Source of the DNA: a virus
Length of the DNA: 64,000 nucleotides
Direction: 5' to 3' (one strand)
Virus record (IMG/VR): IMGVR_UViG_3300015360_000025
The notes below the pieces were generated by a model. The model searched no databases and was not told where the DNA came from. It worked only from the letters and a program-made list of their open reading frames with translations. The translations under genes and the position numbers were made by a program. Of the stretch, positions 24,540-34,965 are shown piece after piece (the first letter of the stretch is position 1; every line of letters starts with the position of its first letter).

Positions 24540-24965
24540 ATGGCTACTAAGCAAGAACTCGAAGTACAAGTCGCAGAATTGCAGAAGCAACTGGCTGATC
24601 AAACTCCACATGATGTCGACTTGCTTCAAGCAGAGATCGAAAATCTGAAGACTGAGCGGGAGCTTCTGGTGGCTGCGATTGCCGACAAGGACGAGGCTAA
24701 CAAGACCAAAATCGACACTCTCATCAGCGAGTTCGAACAGACCCGACAGGAAGATGAAGCTGTCTACCAGGGAAAGCTTTCCAATCTCAAAGCAGAGATG
24801 ACTGCGACTTCCGTTAAATCTGCGATCGCTGGCAACAATCAGGTCGTTGTCGATGGGAAAACCCGCGAGATCCTTTTCAAGGACAGCGTTCTTGAATTGG
24901 TCGATGCTTGGCGAAAGAAGTTCGTCGACGAGACCGATCTGGCAGTCGTTATCCGGAAGGTCTGA
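24540..24965 (+). CDS. Coiled-coil hypothetical protein
   Basis: AAGGAG SD; heptad pattern. Confidence 0.8.
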   Translation: MATKQELEVQVAELQKQLADQTPHDVDLLQAEIENLKTERELLVAAIADKDEANKTKIDTLISEFEQTRQEDEAVYQGKLSNLKAEMTATSVKSAIAGNNQVVVDGKTREILFKDSVLELVDAWRKKFVDETDLAVVIRKV

Positions 24966-24977
24966 TCCGGAGAATCC

Positions 24978-25817
24978 TTGAAGGATCGAATCTCATTCAG
25001 TGAGTGGATGCTATACCGCAACGGCTGTCAATGGCGGTGGAAGCTCGATTACCTGGACAAGCTCGGTGGTAAGGCGTACGGTGTTTACATGGACTTTGGT
25101 ACTTGCGTACACGGAGCCATCGAAAAGCATAGGACCAGAAAGGACCCGATCTCTTTGAATGAAGCCAAGGATTTCTTCGAGAAGAGTTTCAAGGATACAT
25201 TTGAGAAGAACAAGACAAAGTATCGAGAGCGTGAACGGACGCTAGATATCGAAGATTTCGTCCTGGCTGGCAAACGGATCTTGGATCACTTGGTCCAGTG
25301 CATCGAGTTGACATCGGCCGATGTCGTGTACAACGAGCACGAACTCCTACTTCCCATGGATAGATCTGACTCCATTCAGATCAACTTCAAGGGATTCATC
25401 GACATGGTCATCAAGACCAAGGACAAGCTTGGGAAGACGATCCTGTACATCGTCGACTTCAAGACGTGCTCCTGGGGGTGGGACGGTGACAAGCGACAAG
25501 ATCGTGATCTTCATTCCCAACTTTTTCTGTATAAACACTTCCTCTGCAAGAAGTTCAACTTGGATCCTAAACAGGTCAGGACAGCCTTCGTGTTGCTTAA
25601 GCGTCGTCCTTCCAAGAATACTTGTGCCGTGGAGTTCTTCCCCGTCAGCGCAGGTCCTGTCAGTGTCCAGCGGGCACTTGACAACCTGAATTCAGACCTA
25701 ACTGATATGAACGAGCGGTTGGAGACGAATACTCTTGCGAAGAATCGTAAGCAATGTACTAACGAGTACGGAGACGTTTGTCCCTACTACAAAACCGAAC
25801 ACTGCCATGGTGAATGA
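24978..25817 (+). CDS. PD-(D/E)XK (RecB-like) nuclease
   Basis: FGTCVH, E...KGFIDMV...IVDFKT, QLFLY; Cys cluster C...C...CPYY..C. Confidence 0.85.
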   Translation: MKDRISFSEWMLYRNGCQWRWKLDYLDKLGGKAYGVYMDFGTCVHGAIEKHRTRKDPISLNEAKDFFEKSFKDTFEKNKTKYRERERTLDIEDFVLAGKRILDHLVQCIELTSADVVYNEHELLLPMDRSDSIQINFKGFIDMVIKTKDKLGKTILYIVDFKTCSWGWDGDKRQDRDLHSQLFLYKHFLCKKFNLDPKQVRTAFVLLKRRPSKNTCAVEFFPVSAGPVSVQRALDNLNSDLTDMNERLETNTLAKNRKQCTNEYGDVCPYYKTEHCHGE

Positions 25818-27147
25818 GATGACAGAGAAGAAAAAGATCATGATGTTGTGTGACCACCCTCTCGTCCCAAGCGGTGTTGGTACCCAGGCGCGGTACCTGA
25901 TAGAAGGTCTGCTCGCCACTGGCAAGTACAAGTTCCACGTCTTTGGTGGCGCCATGAAACACCCTGACTACAGGGAACAGAGGGTATCCCCTGACAAGTT
26001 CGGTGATGATGGTTGGATCATCGTCCCTGTCGATGGATACGGGGACAAAGAACGACTCCGTGCAGCCATTGCGAAGGAGAAGCCTGATCTACTTCTTCTC
26101 TTCACTGATCCGCGACAGTTTGTGTGGGTCTGGGAGATGGAGGATGAGATCCGTCCCATCTGCCCGATCGCTTACTGGCATGTCTGGGACAACGATCCCA
26201 CACCGAAGTACAACAAGGTCTTCTATGATTCGACAGACCTCTTGGTCCCCCTGTCTCTCAAGACGTACGGGATCCTTCAAGACATGAAACACCCAAACTT
26301 CAAGTACATTCCGCACGCCGTCTCATCAGAGCTCTTCAAACCTCTGGACGAGGTGGAATGTCAGAAGTTCAAGCGTGGTCGTTTTGGTCCTCACGCCGAT
26401 AAGAAATTCATCGTCTTCTGGAACAATCGCAATGCCAGGCGGAAGATGACAGGAGACGTGGTCGCCGTTTTCGCCAAGTTTGCCGAAAAGGTCGGTAAGG
26501 AGAATGTGGCCCTCGCGATGCACACAGTCGTGAATGATCAGGAAGGACAAAACATCGTAGAGGTTGCAAGGTGCTTTGACATCGAAAAGAATCTGATTAT
26601 CTCAGAGGAACGCTGTCCACCAGATGTTTTGAATGGTTTCTACAATGCATGTGATATCACCATGAACATTGCCAATAACGAGGGGTTTGGCCTCTCGACT
26701 CTTGAATCCCTGATGGCCGGGTCTCCAGTGTTGCTCCAGATGACGGGTGGTCTCCAGTTCCAGATTGGAAACTGGTGGGACGGAGTGAAGGACTTCACCG
26801 ATCAGGACAAGCTGACTGAGATGGCTAAGAGGTTGTACAAGTCAAAGGGTGCCAACTTCTATGGTATTCCAGTCTTTCCTGCCTCACGATCTTGTACTGG
26901 ATCACAACCGATTCCGTATATTTACGACGACCGTGTCTCGCACGAAGATGTTGTCAAGGGACTTATCCAACTTTACGAGATGGGACGTGAAAAACGACGT
27001 GAACTTGGGAAGGCTGGCAGTGTTTGGGCGGAGAAAACTTTCAACATGGCTAAGATGATCTCTGATTGGGACAGCGTGTTGTCGGAAGAGATAAGTAGGT
27101 CAGAGGCACGCAAGACCCGGTCGTCACTTCGGGTCGTCGGAATCTGA
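25735..27147 (+). CDS. GT-B (GT4-like) glycosyltransferase
   Basis: SGVGTQ, NRNARRK, EGFGLSTLESLMAG; true start probably about 25807. Confidence 0.9.
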   Translation: MRRIVSNVLTSTETFVPTTKPNTAMVNEMTEKKKIMMLCDHPLVPSGVGTQARYLIEGLLATGKYKFHVFGGAMKHPDYREQRVSPDKFGDDGWIIVPVDGYGDKERLRAAIAKEKPDLLLLFTDPRQFVWVWEMEDEIRPICPIAYWHVWDNDPTPKYNKVFYDSTDLLVPLSLKTYGILQDMKHPNFKYIPHAVSSELFKPLDEVECQKFKRGRFGPHADKKFIVFWNNRNARRKMTGDVVAVFAKFAEKVGKENVALAMHTVVNDQEGQNIVEVARCFDIEKNLIISEERCPPDVLNGFYNACDITMNIANNEGFGLSTLESLMAGSPVLLQMTGGLQFQIGNWWDGVKDFTDQDKLTEMAKRLYKSKGANFYGIPVFPASRSCTGSQPIPYIYDDRVSHEDVVKGLIQLYEMGREKRRELGKAGSVWAEKTFNMAKMISDWDSVLSEEISRSEARKTRSSLRVVGI

Positions 27148-27156
27148 GGATAACAT

Positions 27157-28098
27157 ATGCCAGGAATTGCTGTCTTAGGTGGTGCGGGTTTCATCGGATC
27201 AAACCTCGTCGATGAACTGCTCGTTCAGGGTCACGAGGTGACTGTACTCGACAACTTCTCAGAAGGCAGACTGGAGAATCTCGAGAGGTGGAGGGGAAAT
27301 CCGAAGCTTGAGGTCGTAAGGGGCGACATCAGGGAGTTCTCCCAGGTTCGACGGGCTGTTGACCACAAGGAGTGGGTCTTCCACCTTGCTGCCATGAGTC
27401 GCATTCAACCATCCATCACGGATCCACTGCTAGCTTTCAGCCAGAACGTCATGGGAACAGCGAATGTACTGGAAGCGTGTAGGCAGGGCGGAGTGAAGCG
27501 GGTCGTCTACTCCGCGTCCTCCTCAGCTTATGGTCTAAAAAATCCACTCCCAAATAGGGAGGACATGCCGACAGATTGTCTCAACCCGTACTCACTTTCC
27601 AAGAAGAACGGTGAAGAGCTAATGGACCTGTACGGAAAATTGTACGGTCTTTCTACAGTCTCTCTCAGGTACTTCAACGTTTACGGACCTCGTCACCAGG
27701 AAGAGGGAAATTACGCGACAGTGATTGCGATCTTCCGTCGACAGAAGAGGATGGGACAGAAGTTGACCATTGTTGGAGACGGCGAACAACGTCGTGACTT
27801 CACGTTCGTCGGTGATGTTGTCCGGGCCAACATGCTAGCGGCCATGAATAGGGACGTCACTGGGATCGTGAATATAGGTACGTGTCAGAACCACAGTATC
27901 AACGATCTTGCCAAGATGATTGGTGGCGAGACGACCTTTATCCCGGCACGACAGGCAGAGGCAAGGGAAACGTTGGCCGATAACACCCGAGCTCGTACGG
28001 TCCTGGGATGGACGCCACAAGTAGAACTGGCCAGTGGATTGGCTGTAGTTGAAGCCTACGAGAAAAGAAATCCACCAGGACTGATCACGCTCGTCTGA
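27157..28098 (+). CDS. NAD-dependent nucleotide-sugar epimerase/dehydratase
   Basis: GGAGFIG, SSSAYG, YSLSK, RYFNVYGP. Confidence 0.95.
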   Translation: MPGIAVLGGAGFIGSNLVDELLVQGHEVTVLDNFSEGRLENLERWRGNPKLEVVRGDIREFSQVRRAVDHKEWVFHLAAMSRIQPSITDPLLAFSQNVMGTANVLEACRQGGVKRVVYSASSSAYGLKNPLPNREDMPTDCLNPYSLSKKNGEELMDLYGKLYGLSTVSLRYFNVYGPRHQEEGNYATVIAIFRRQKRMGQKLTIVGDGEQRRDFTFVGDVVRANMLAAMNRDVTGIVNIGTCQNHSINDLAKMIGGETTFIPARQAEARETLADNTRARTVLGWTPQVELASGLAVVEAYEKRNPPGLITLV

Positions 28099-28109
28099 CT
28101 GGAGAGACA

Positions 28110-31100
28110 ATGCAGAAGCTTCTTTTTTGGGGACCCGTACTCACTGCTTCTGGGTACGGTGAACATGCTCGTCAACTCCTTCGATGTATTCTTGACTCCG
28201 GGAAGTTCGATGTCAGTGTATGTGGAGTGAAGTGGGGTCACTGCTCCTTTCTGACTGGTGGCGACGAATTCATCGACAAGATTCGGGCGTTGGTACAGAA
28301 GTACGAGGTTGAGAAATCGAGTAACCAACAATATGATGTCTCAATACAGGTAACGATCCCGAATGAGTTCCAGAAGCTTGGACGTGTAAACATCGGTGTC
28401 ACAGCCGGTATCGAGGTCGATCGGGTCTCTCCCGAATGGATCAAGAAGGCCAACGAAGTCTGTGACCTGGTTGTTGTTCCATCCAAGCACTCAGCCCAGA
28501 CGTTTGGGAGCGTTATCTACAAGGACCAGAGTGGCCAGGAGCTACGGCTCCAGAAACCGTTATTGATCGCCGCCGAAGGGTTTGACGCAGCTATTTTCAA
28601 TACCACGCCGGACGAGAACGACGGACTGGGAGTGGATCTCGAAGCCGACTTCAATTTTCTCTCAGTCGGACTTGGTCTTGACAAGGGGATGGAGGAGGAT
28701 CGCAAAAATATCAGCGGTCTCGTCAAGTGGTTCTGCCAGACGTTCGCAGGCGATGAGCGTGTCGGTCTTGTTCTCAAGACGAACATGGTTAACAGCTCTC
28801 TCATGGATTTCGAGACGGCCAAGAGTCGGATCTCTCAGATTAAGGCATCCACCGGTTGTGGACCTTTTCCGAGGATCAAACTCATTCACGGGCGTCTTTC
28901 CAAGAAGGAATTGGCAAATCTGTACCGTCATCCGAAGGTCAAGGCGTACGTTACCACGACCCACGGTGAAGGCTTTGGTCTCCCGACGATTGAGGCTGCA
29001 GCCTGTGGTCTTCCTGTGATCGCCACCAATTGGTCTGGTCACCTTGACTTTCTCCACTCTCCTGATGGAAAGAGAAAGTTCGTCCCTCTTGAATTCGACC
29101 TGAAGGAGATCCCTAAATCTTCCGTCTGGCCGGGAGTGATGGAACAGGGAACCCGGTGGGCTTGCGTCAAGGAAGAAGATTTCCAGAATAAGATGAAGAA
29201 GGTATTTCTTAGCATCGAGAAGCCTAAGGAATGGGCTACAGAGCTCGCAGCTCAATTGGCTGAGTCTCACGACGAGAGAAAGCTAGGAATTCAGTTCGTT
29301 TCCGCGATTGAACAGTTCCTGCGGGAGACTTCGAATGGTCCTAACTCCCAAAAGGTGAACGACCCGTGTGAGGTCAAGAGACGTCTACGAGAGCAGCTTC
29401 AGATTCCAGATGGAAAGAAGACACTCCTGTTCACGATGCCGATGTCGGCTGGCGACGTTTTCATGGCGACCGCAGTGGTCGATTCTCTCAACAAGAAGTT
29501 TCCAGAGCATCTGATCCTATTCGCCACTGATCCGAAGTATGCTTCCATCCTGAAGGACAACCTGAAGATCTTCAAGATCATTCACTTTGATAATTGGATG
29601 ACGAACATCACCTTCTGTGAATCTGTGTTCGATGAAGTCTACACTCCGAACCTCGCGATCCAAACAGTTCAATCAAACTGGGTGCATGGTGGAAAGGGAC
29701 GTCTACTCGGTTATGAGATGGCCGCCCAGTGTCAGGTCGAGTTCGGCGACTACTTCATCAAGACTGAGCCGCTCTTCGAACCACTTCCGACGGAGAAGTA
29801 CGTCGTCTTCCACCCGGGATCTGGAAAGGGTCAGTGGGAAGCTCGGAACTATCGTCACTGGCGGAAGGTCATCAGGAATCTCAAGAAGTCCGTCGACATC
29901 ACGATTGTCCAGGTCGGTCTCGAGGACGATCCTGCCTACGAGGGGTGCGTCGACCTGAGAGGTAAGACGACATACAACCAGTTAGCTATGGTGGTCCAGA
30001 ACGCATCGTGCGTCCTCGGGATCGACTCTGTAACCATGCACATGGCTGCAGCCTTCGGAACTCCCCACGTGGCCCTGTTTGGAAGTTCGTACTCTACCTC
30101 GACAGGGCCGGTCATTAAGATCAAGAAAGACAAGCCGTGGAGTTGCCTGCTCGAGACGACTAATCGGATGGGATGTGAGAAGGCATGCTACAAGTACCAG
30201 TGTGTTGTAGATCGTGAAAGCCCGTGTGTCAACGAGATCGATCCCAAGATGGTCGTCTCCTACGCGCTAGAAATGCTTTCACAGAACGTGACTCAGCTAT
30301 CACCTGAGGCTGTGAAGTGGGACGACTGCCATCCGAAGATCGCCGGATACACCCACGTCTTCAATGCGGAGACCCACGGGTTCCCATATGTCGAATCGAT
30401 CAGTTCTATGTTGGGGTTCTGCGACGAGGTGATCGTTGTCGATGGCGGATCGACCGATGGGACTCTCGAGAAGATCAAGGCGCTCGGAAACGACAAGATC
30501 AAGATCTTCGACCGGGTATGGGACTGGAACGAGCCGGGCATGGACGGTATGCAGAAGGCGTTCGGCCGGGCCATGGCCACAGTCGGTCCCGACGACTTCC
30601 TCTGGCAGCAGGATGCTGACGAGGTGGTCCACGAGGAAGACTACGAGAAGGTCCGGAAGATGGCCGAGAGATTCCCAACGGGAGTCGACCTGGTCCACCT
30701 GCCGGTCGTGGAGCTCTGGGGAGTCAAGGACAACGTCCGGATCGATAGACACTCGTGGAAGTGGCGCATGAGCCGGAATAACTTCAGAGTTACACACGGC
30801 ATCAACGGCCCAGCGCGAGTGTTCGACGAGAAGACTGGACGGACCTACGCCAAGAAAGGTCAGAGCGACGGTTGTGAATACGTCGATATCATGACCAACG
30901 ACCACATTCCGCACAAGGGCTTTTATTCTCAGGAGCTCGAGAATCTTCGGCAGACGAACCCAGATGAGTACGGGAAAAACATGAACCGGATCTTCAAGGA
31001 AATGCCGTCCATCTTCCACTACTCATGGGCCAACCTGCCACGGAAGATCAGAAATTTCAAGGCATTCTGGAACAAGTGCTGGTCCAACCTGTACAATGAT

Positions 31101-31367
31101 CCGAACCCAATTGATCGCTTCCCTGATGTACAAACGGATGATGACGTGATAAAAAAGGCGAAGGAGCTCTTCACCCGCGGTGGTGAGCATGGACAAGCCA
31201 AGACATTCCTCCTCGAGAGGACCAATCCCTCCTCGATGACCGAATGGCTAAATAGGATGGGGAAGGAGTACGAAAATGCCGCTCGTGGACCTATTCATAA
31301 CGACGAAGGATCGGCCGCATCTTCTCAGGAAGTCCTTGGAATCCCTGGTCCAGTGCACGGACGGTAA
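28110..31367 (+). CDS. Tri-domain glycosyltransferase (GT4 + GT9 + GT2)
   Basis: EGFGLPTIEAAACG; SAGDVFMAT...HPGSG...GIDSVTMHMAAAFGTP; DEVIVVDGGSTDGT...DADE. Confidence 0.9.
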   Translation: MQKLLFWGPVLTASGYGEHARQLLRCILDSGKFDVSVCGVKWGHCSFLTGGDEFIDKIRALVQKYEVEKSSNQQYDVSIQVTIPNEFQKLGRVNIGVTAGIEVDRVSPEWIKKANEVCDLVVVPSKHSAQTFGSVIYKDQSGQELRLQKPLLIAAEGFDAAIFNTTPDENDGLGVDLEADFNFLSVGLGLDKGMEEDRKNISGLVKWFCQTFAGDERVGLVLKTNMVNSSLMDFETAKSRISQIKASTGCGPFPRIKLIHGRLSKKELANLYRHPKVKAYVTTTHGEGFGLPTIEAAACGLPVIATNWSGHLDFLHSPDGKRKFVPLEFDLKEIPKSSVWPGVMEQGTRWACVKEEDFQNKMKKVFLSIEKPKEWATELAAQLAESHDERKLGIQFVSAIEQFLRETSNGPNSQKVNDPCEVKRRLREQLQIPDGKKTLLFTMPMSAGDVFMATAVVDSLNKKFPEHLILFATDPKYASILKDNLKIFKIIHFDNWMTNITFCESVFDEVYTPNLAIQTVQSNWVHGGKGRLLGYEMAAQCQVEFGDYFIKTEPLFEPLPTEKYVVFHPGSGKGQWEARNYRHWRKVIRNLKKSVDITIVQVGLEDDPAYEGCVDLRGKTTYNQLAMVVQNASCVLGIDSVTMHMAAAFGTPHVALFGSSYSTSTGPVIKIKKDKPWSCLLETTNRMGCEKACYKYQCVVDRESPCVNEIDPKMVVSYALEMLSQNVTQLSPEAVKWDDCHPKIAGYTHVFNAETHGFPYVESISSMLGFCDEVIVVDGGSTDGTLEKIKALGNDKIKIFDRVWDWNEPGMDGMQKAFGRAMATVGPDDFLWQQDADEVVHEEDYEKVRKMAERFPTGVDLVHLPVVELWGVKDNVRIDRHSWKWRMSRNNFRVTHGINGPARVFDEKTGRTYAKKGQSDGCEYVDIMTNDHIPHKGFYSQELENLRQTNPDEYGKNMNRIFKEMPSIFHYSWANLPRKIRNFKAFWNKCWSNLYNDPNPIDRFPDVQTDDDVIKKAKELFTRGGEHGQAKTFLLERTNPSSMTEWLNRMGKEYENAARGPIHNDEGSAASSQEVLGIPGPVHGR

Positions 31368-32007
31368 TCTATTCCGTCTGACGATCGTCGCTGACGGTCA
31401 TCACAACGCGACCAGCGAAGTCCTCAGAGAATTTGAACAGCTGTGGGATCATAAGATTGAGCATGCCATCTGCCAAGGTCTTGGACCCTCGATCAATCAG
31501 GCCCTCGCATATATCAATGCAAATAAACCATGGGACATAACTCCGTCACCTCTGACCGTTTACGTTCAGGATGATGTGCAGTACTCCAGGGGATGGCTGG
31601 AGAAACTTTCCCAGAAGTTTCTCCAGCTCGAACGACCGTTGAACCTCGGATTTGCTTCGGGGATCGAATGCATTGAGCATCCTGTCAAGAAAGACATCGG
31701 TAACGGGATGGTTACCAAAGATTGGATCAGGGCCACTTGTATGATGGCCCGTCACGATTATTGGATGTCCATGTGGCCAATTCCCAGGATCGATCCTGAG
31801 ACGGGGCGAGAGCGCGGTCGTCCTCACGATGGCCTGGGAAGTTCGGTCGATTGGTGGTTCATCAGAAATGCTGTCAACTCTGTTTGTAAGACTAGTCGGA
31901 CGAATCTCGTCATTCCAGGTTTACTCCAACATATTGGTTACAAGGAATCGACGTGGTTGAAGAGAGATCTCCCCGAGTCTAATTCTGACAAGGAGAAGAT
32001 GAAATGA
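31276..32007 (+). CDS. GT2-like glycosyltransferase
   Basis: ITTKDRP.LL..SL, IVADG, VQDD; AAGGAG SD. Confidence 0.75.
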   Translation: MPLVDLFITTKDRPHLLRKSLESLVQCTDGNLFRLTIVADGHHNATSEVLREFEQLWDHKIEHAICQGLGPSINQALAYINANKPWDITPSPLTVYVQDDVQYSRGWLEKLSQKFLQLERPLNLGFASGIECIEHPVKKDIGNGMVTKDWIRATCMMARHDYWMSMWPIPRIDPETGRERGRPHDGLGSSVDWWFIRNAVNSVCKTSRTNLVIPGLLQHIGYKESTWLKRDLPESNSDKEKMK

Positions 32008-33035
32008 GACAGATCATTTTGATCTCGTATACTTCTCTGAATGCGGGTGGTGGCGTTCCACGTTGGAACCGTGACTTTGTTGCAGGATTTCCTGGAACTA
32101 AACACTATTCATGGGATGACATCCCGAAAGCTCCATTGGGCGTCCAGAACGAATGGGATGGAGCCTTTGCTCTCAACATGTGGTTGCATCTGACAAAGAA
32201 GGTGTCAAAGGACGACATCATCATCTCTGATGGCTTTTGGGGAGAACGACTGAGCGACCTGGGTTACAACGTCATTTCGATCGCTCATGGCATCTGGAGC
32301 CACCTGACCAAAGACGATGTAGACGCTGGGAAGGATCCTGAGTTTCCTTTCCACAATGCCGTCCAGGTAAAGCACCGTCATGATCATCTGGCCCGTGGTG
32401 GGAAGATCGTCGCTGTCTCCAGGTTCATCCAGGAGCAGATGAAGCTCCAGTGGGGTTTTGAATCGAGTGTGATCAACAACGCCATCGATCTCGACAAGTG
32501 GAAAAGGCCGGTAGCTCGGATGCCGAACTGGACAGACTCGCGTCTGGTCATCCACGGGGTCACGACTGCCAACAAGGGTTTCGATCACATCGAAGCTGTT
32601 AAGAAGGCTCTACCAAACGACGACGTCTGGCTTCTGGATGAGGCTGCCGAAAAGCTCGAACTATCAAAGGTCGACGCCCTCGCTAATGCCGATCTTGTCG
32701 TCCAACCATCTGCGTACGAGGGCAACAGCTATTTTGTACTAGAGACTATGGCATGCGACGTCCCTATCGTAGCATACAACGTTGGTCTTCTTCACTCTAT
32801 CTCAGTGATAGCAAAGGAGAATGGAATCGAAGCGTGTGTTGGGGCGATCATTGACAGGAAGTATCGTCGACCAGAAGAAACGGCAAAAGTTGCTAGCTTT
32901 ATCCTGGACTCCGTCTGTCGTGATCGGAGTACGTATAACCCGAGGCAGGTATCCGAGCTGTTCTCGGTGAAAAGATTCCACGAGCAGTGGCGAGAGTACC
33001 TGGAGGACTATGAGCGTAATATTACGAGTCGATGA
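32004..33035 (+). CDS. GT4-like glycosyltransferase
   Basis: GGGV, AVSRF, NNAID, KGFD, PSAYEG...LETMACDVP. Confidence 0.88.
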   Translation: MRQIILISYTSLNAGGGVPRWNRDFVAGFPGTKHYSWDDIPKAPLGVQNEWDGAFALNMWLHLTKKVSKDDIIISDGFWGERLSDLGYNVISIAHGIWSHLTKDDVDAGKDPEFPFHNAVQVKHRHDHLARGGKIVAVSRFIQEQMKLQWGFESSVINNAIDLDKWKRPVARMPNWTDSRLVIHGVTTANKGFDHIEAVKKALPNDDVWLLDEAAEKLELSKVDALANADLVVQPSAYEGNSYFVLETMACDVPIVAYNVGLLHSISVIAKENGIEACVGAIIDRKYRRPEETAKVASFILDSVCRDRSTYNPRQVSELFSVKRFHEQWREYLEDYERNITSR

Positions 33036-33660
33036 CTTCCCAGGTACGAAGCCTGAAGAATTCTGGAAACACAATCTGGATAACTTCAAGCTGTTCGATG
33101 CGGTGTTGGAGAAGTACGTCGATGAATATGTCCTTGGTGTAATCCCGAAATACACGACAGAAGAGATGATTCGTTACCTGGAGCAGAATGACAAGATCAG
33201 GGTCGCCCTCCACGGTGTGGAACACAATGAACGGTTTCCCAATGAATTCAGACCGTGGGAGACCACCGAACAGATCTTCAACAAACTTGTATCTGCCAGA
33301 CAACCTTTCCAGAAGTGTAACGGCGCGCTCGATGTGGTTGACTACATCCCTCCGCACAACGTCATAGACATGAAGACAGTCGATGCTCTGAAGTTGGCTG
33401 GATTCAAGAGAATTTATGGAGGGCCCGGATCTGATGAACACGTAATCTGGCATGCCAAGGACGTGGGATTGAAGTTCGACTACAGCCAGTGGCCGTACTG
33501 GTATGGACGTTCAGATGAACTACTGAACCGAGACAAGGCTCATCTCATGATCAACAGCAATCCTGATCGTGTCGTGACATTGCATTGGCCGTGGGAATGG
33601 AACATCGGACTTGATAACCTCGAAAGGTTCCTCGAGGAGATCAAGGGAGTACTACGTTGA
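33010..33660 (+). CDS. Polysaccharide deacetylase-like (NodB/DUF2334) protein
   Basis: LRVDD, ALHGVEH, YIPPHN, TLH. Confidence 0.75.
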   Translation: MSVILRVDDFPGTKPEEFWKHNLDNFKLFDAVLEKYVDEYVLGVIPKYTTEEMIRYLEQNDKIRVALHGVEHNERFPNEFRPWETTEQIFNKLVSARQPFQKCNGALDVVDYIPPHNVIDMKTVDALKLAGFKRIYGGPGSDEHVIWHAKDVGLKFDYSQWPYWYGRSDELLNRDKAHLMINSNPDRVVTLHWPWEWNIGLDNLERFLEEIKGVLR

Positions 33661-34694
33661 AAAAAACTCTCTTCATAGATGCCAGAAAGGGCGGAGACTT
33701 CACTCTGGACGCGGTCTGGGCTGGGTTGGTAGATCGCAATGGCTTTGAGAACATGATAGACTGGCCACCCTCCGAGAAGCACAGAGAGGGTATCCCGACG
33801 GTGACTGGAGATGTAGAACGCGATTACGGTGCAGAGCGGAGGTCCCTGTGCTACACGTCAGACCACGGACGGCTCCGCAACTACGATGCTCCGCAGATCA
33901 ACGAACTCATCAAGTCTGGACAGATTGAGAGGATCTTCATCGATGAACGAGAAGAATCGTACGTCCTCTACCTCCAACTGGTAGCCCGCTACTACGACAT
34001 CCCGGTCGTGGTTGTGGCCGGTCACGATCGATTCTTGAACACTATCCCGCAGCTTCACAAGTACTATGACAAGAACCTAGAGAAGATTTTTATGGACAAT
34101 TGGCGTCCCGAATACAATTCGTCTTCTGGTGTTTGCCCGATGTCATATGCCACAAATTTTGATCATCTATGGGATGTGTCAGAGAGGGATTCACTGCTGA
34201 ATGATAAGGTGTACGACATCTGCTTCACGGGTTATAATAGCCACGGAGATAGAGGGAAGATCATCGACCACCTTGTCGAGAAGTACGGGGAGAAGGGTAA
34301 CTGCCTCTTCGTAGAGAAGAGACCCAACACGATGGAATGTTTCTTACCAAAGCGGGAGTACTTCAAGAAGATCGCCAAGTCCAGAGTCTGTCTCAATCTC
34401 AGGGGCGCGGCCGAGTGTGGGAAGGCCCTGAGGTTCTATGAGATTCCCTATGTTGGTTCGTACATGCTCTCCCAGAGGGACCAGGCAAACCAAGTCATGC
34501 CTTTCATCTCTCGTATCCACTGCGACTACTTCACGAACATCGAAGAGATGGACGCGATGATCAAATGGGCCTTGGATAATCCAGTCGAACGGGAAGAGAT
34601 CGCACGTTGGGGTTATAGGTACGCGATGGAACACCACACTGCCCGGGCTCGTGTCGATCACATGTACTACAACCTTCGGAATGACTGGGACTGA
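33657..34694 (+). CDS. CgeB-like GT-B glycosyltransferase
   Basis: YDICFTG...R, LRFYEIP..G...L, R...EHHT..AR. Confidence 0.75.
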   Translation: MKKTLFIDARKGGDFTLDAVWAGLVDRNGFENMIDWPPSEKHREGIPTVTGDVERDYGAERRSLCYTSDHGRLRNYDAPQINELIKSGQIERIFIDEREESYVLYLQLVARYYDIPVVVVAGHDRFLNTIPQLHKYYDKNLEKIFMDNWRPEYNSSSGVCPMSYATNFDHLWDVSERDSLLNDKVYDICFTGYNSHGDRGKIIDHLVEKYGEKGNCLFVEKRPNTMECFLPKREYFKKIAKSRVCLNLRGAAECGKALRFYEIPYVGSYMLSQRDQANQVMPFISRIHCDYFTNIEEMDAMIKWALDNPVEREEIARWGYRYAMEHHTARARVDHMYYNLRNDWD

Positions 34695-34695
34695 A

Positions 34696-34965
34696 ATGAA
34701 GACTGTACATGTCATCGGCAACAGCCATGCGTGGTACTTTGCGGGAGCAGAGGTCGGAGTAGACGTCGAAGAAATTCTCCAGAAAGACGATCCTCGACGA
34801 CATCCGTTGATGATGTCTCTGGGAAGTGAGATAGTCGACGCTCGTGGATTTATCAAAGAAGAGTACCAGAAATATCCTGGATCACGTGTTGATGTTCACG
34901 CGGCTCCTGCTAAGGTACAATTAATCGTTCTTGAAAAACTAAAGGTGATACTTGGACAAAGCTGA
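34696..34965 (+). CDS. Short hypothetical protein (SGNH-like N-terminus, possibly truncated)
   Basis: VHVIGNSH start only. Confidence 0.45.
   Translation: MKTVHVIGNSHAWYFAGAEVGVDVEEILQKDDPRRHPLMMSLGSEIVDARGFIKEEYQKYPGSRVDVHAAPAKVQLIVLEKLKVILGQS

Noticed and set aside
24978-25817. Cas4 as part of a CRISPR system
   Set aside because: PD-(D/E)XK with Cys cluster is common stand-alone in phages; no array or other cas genes
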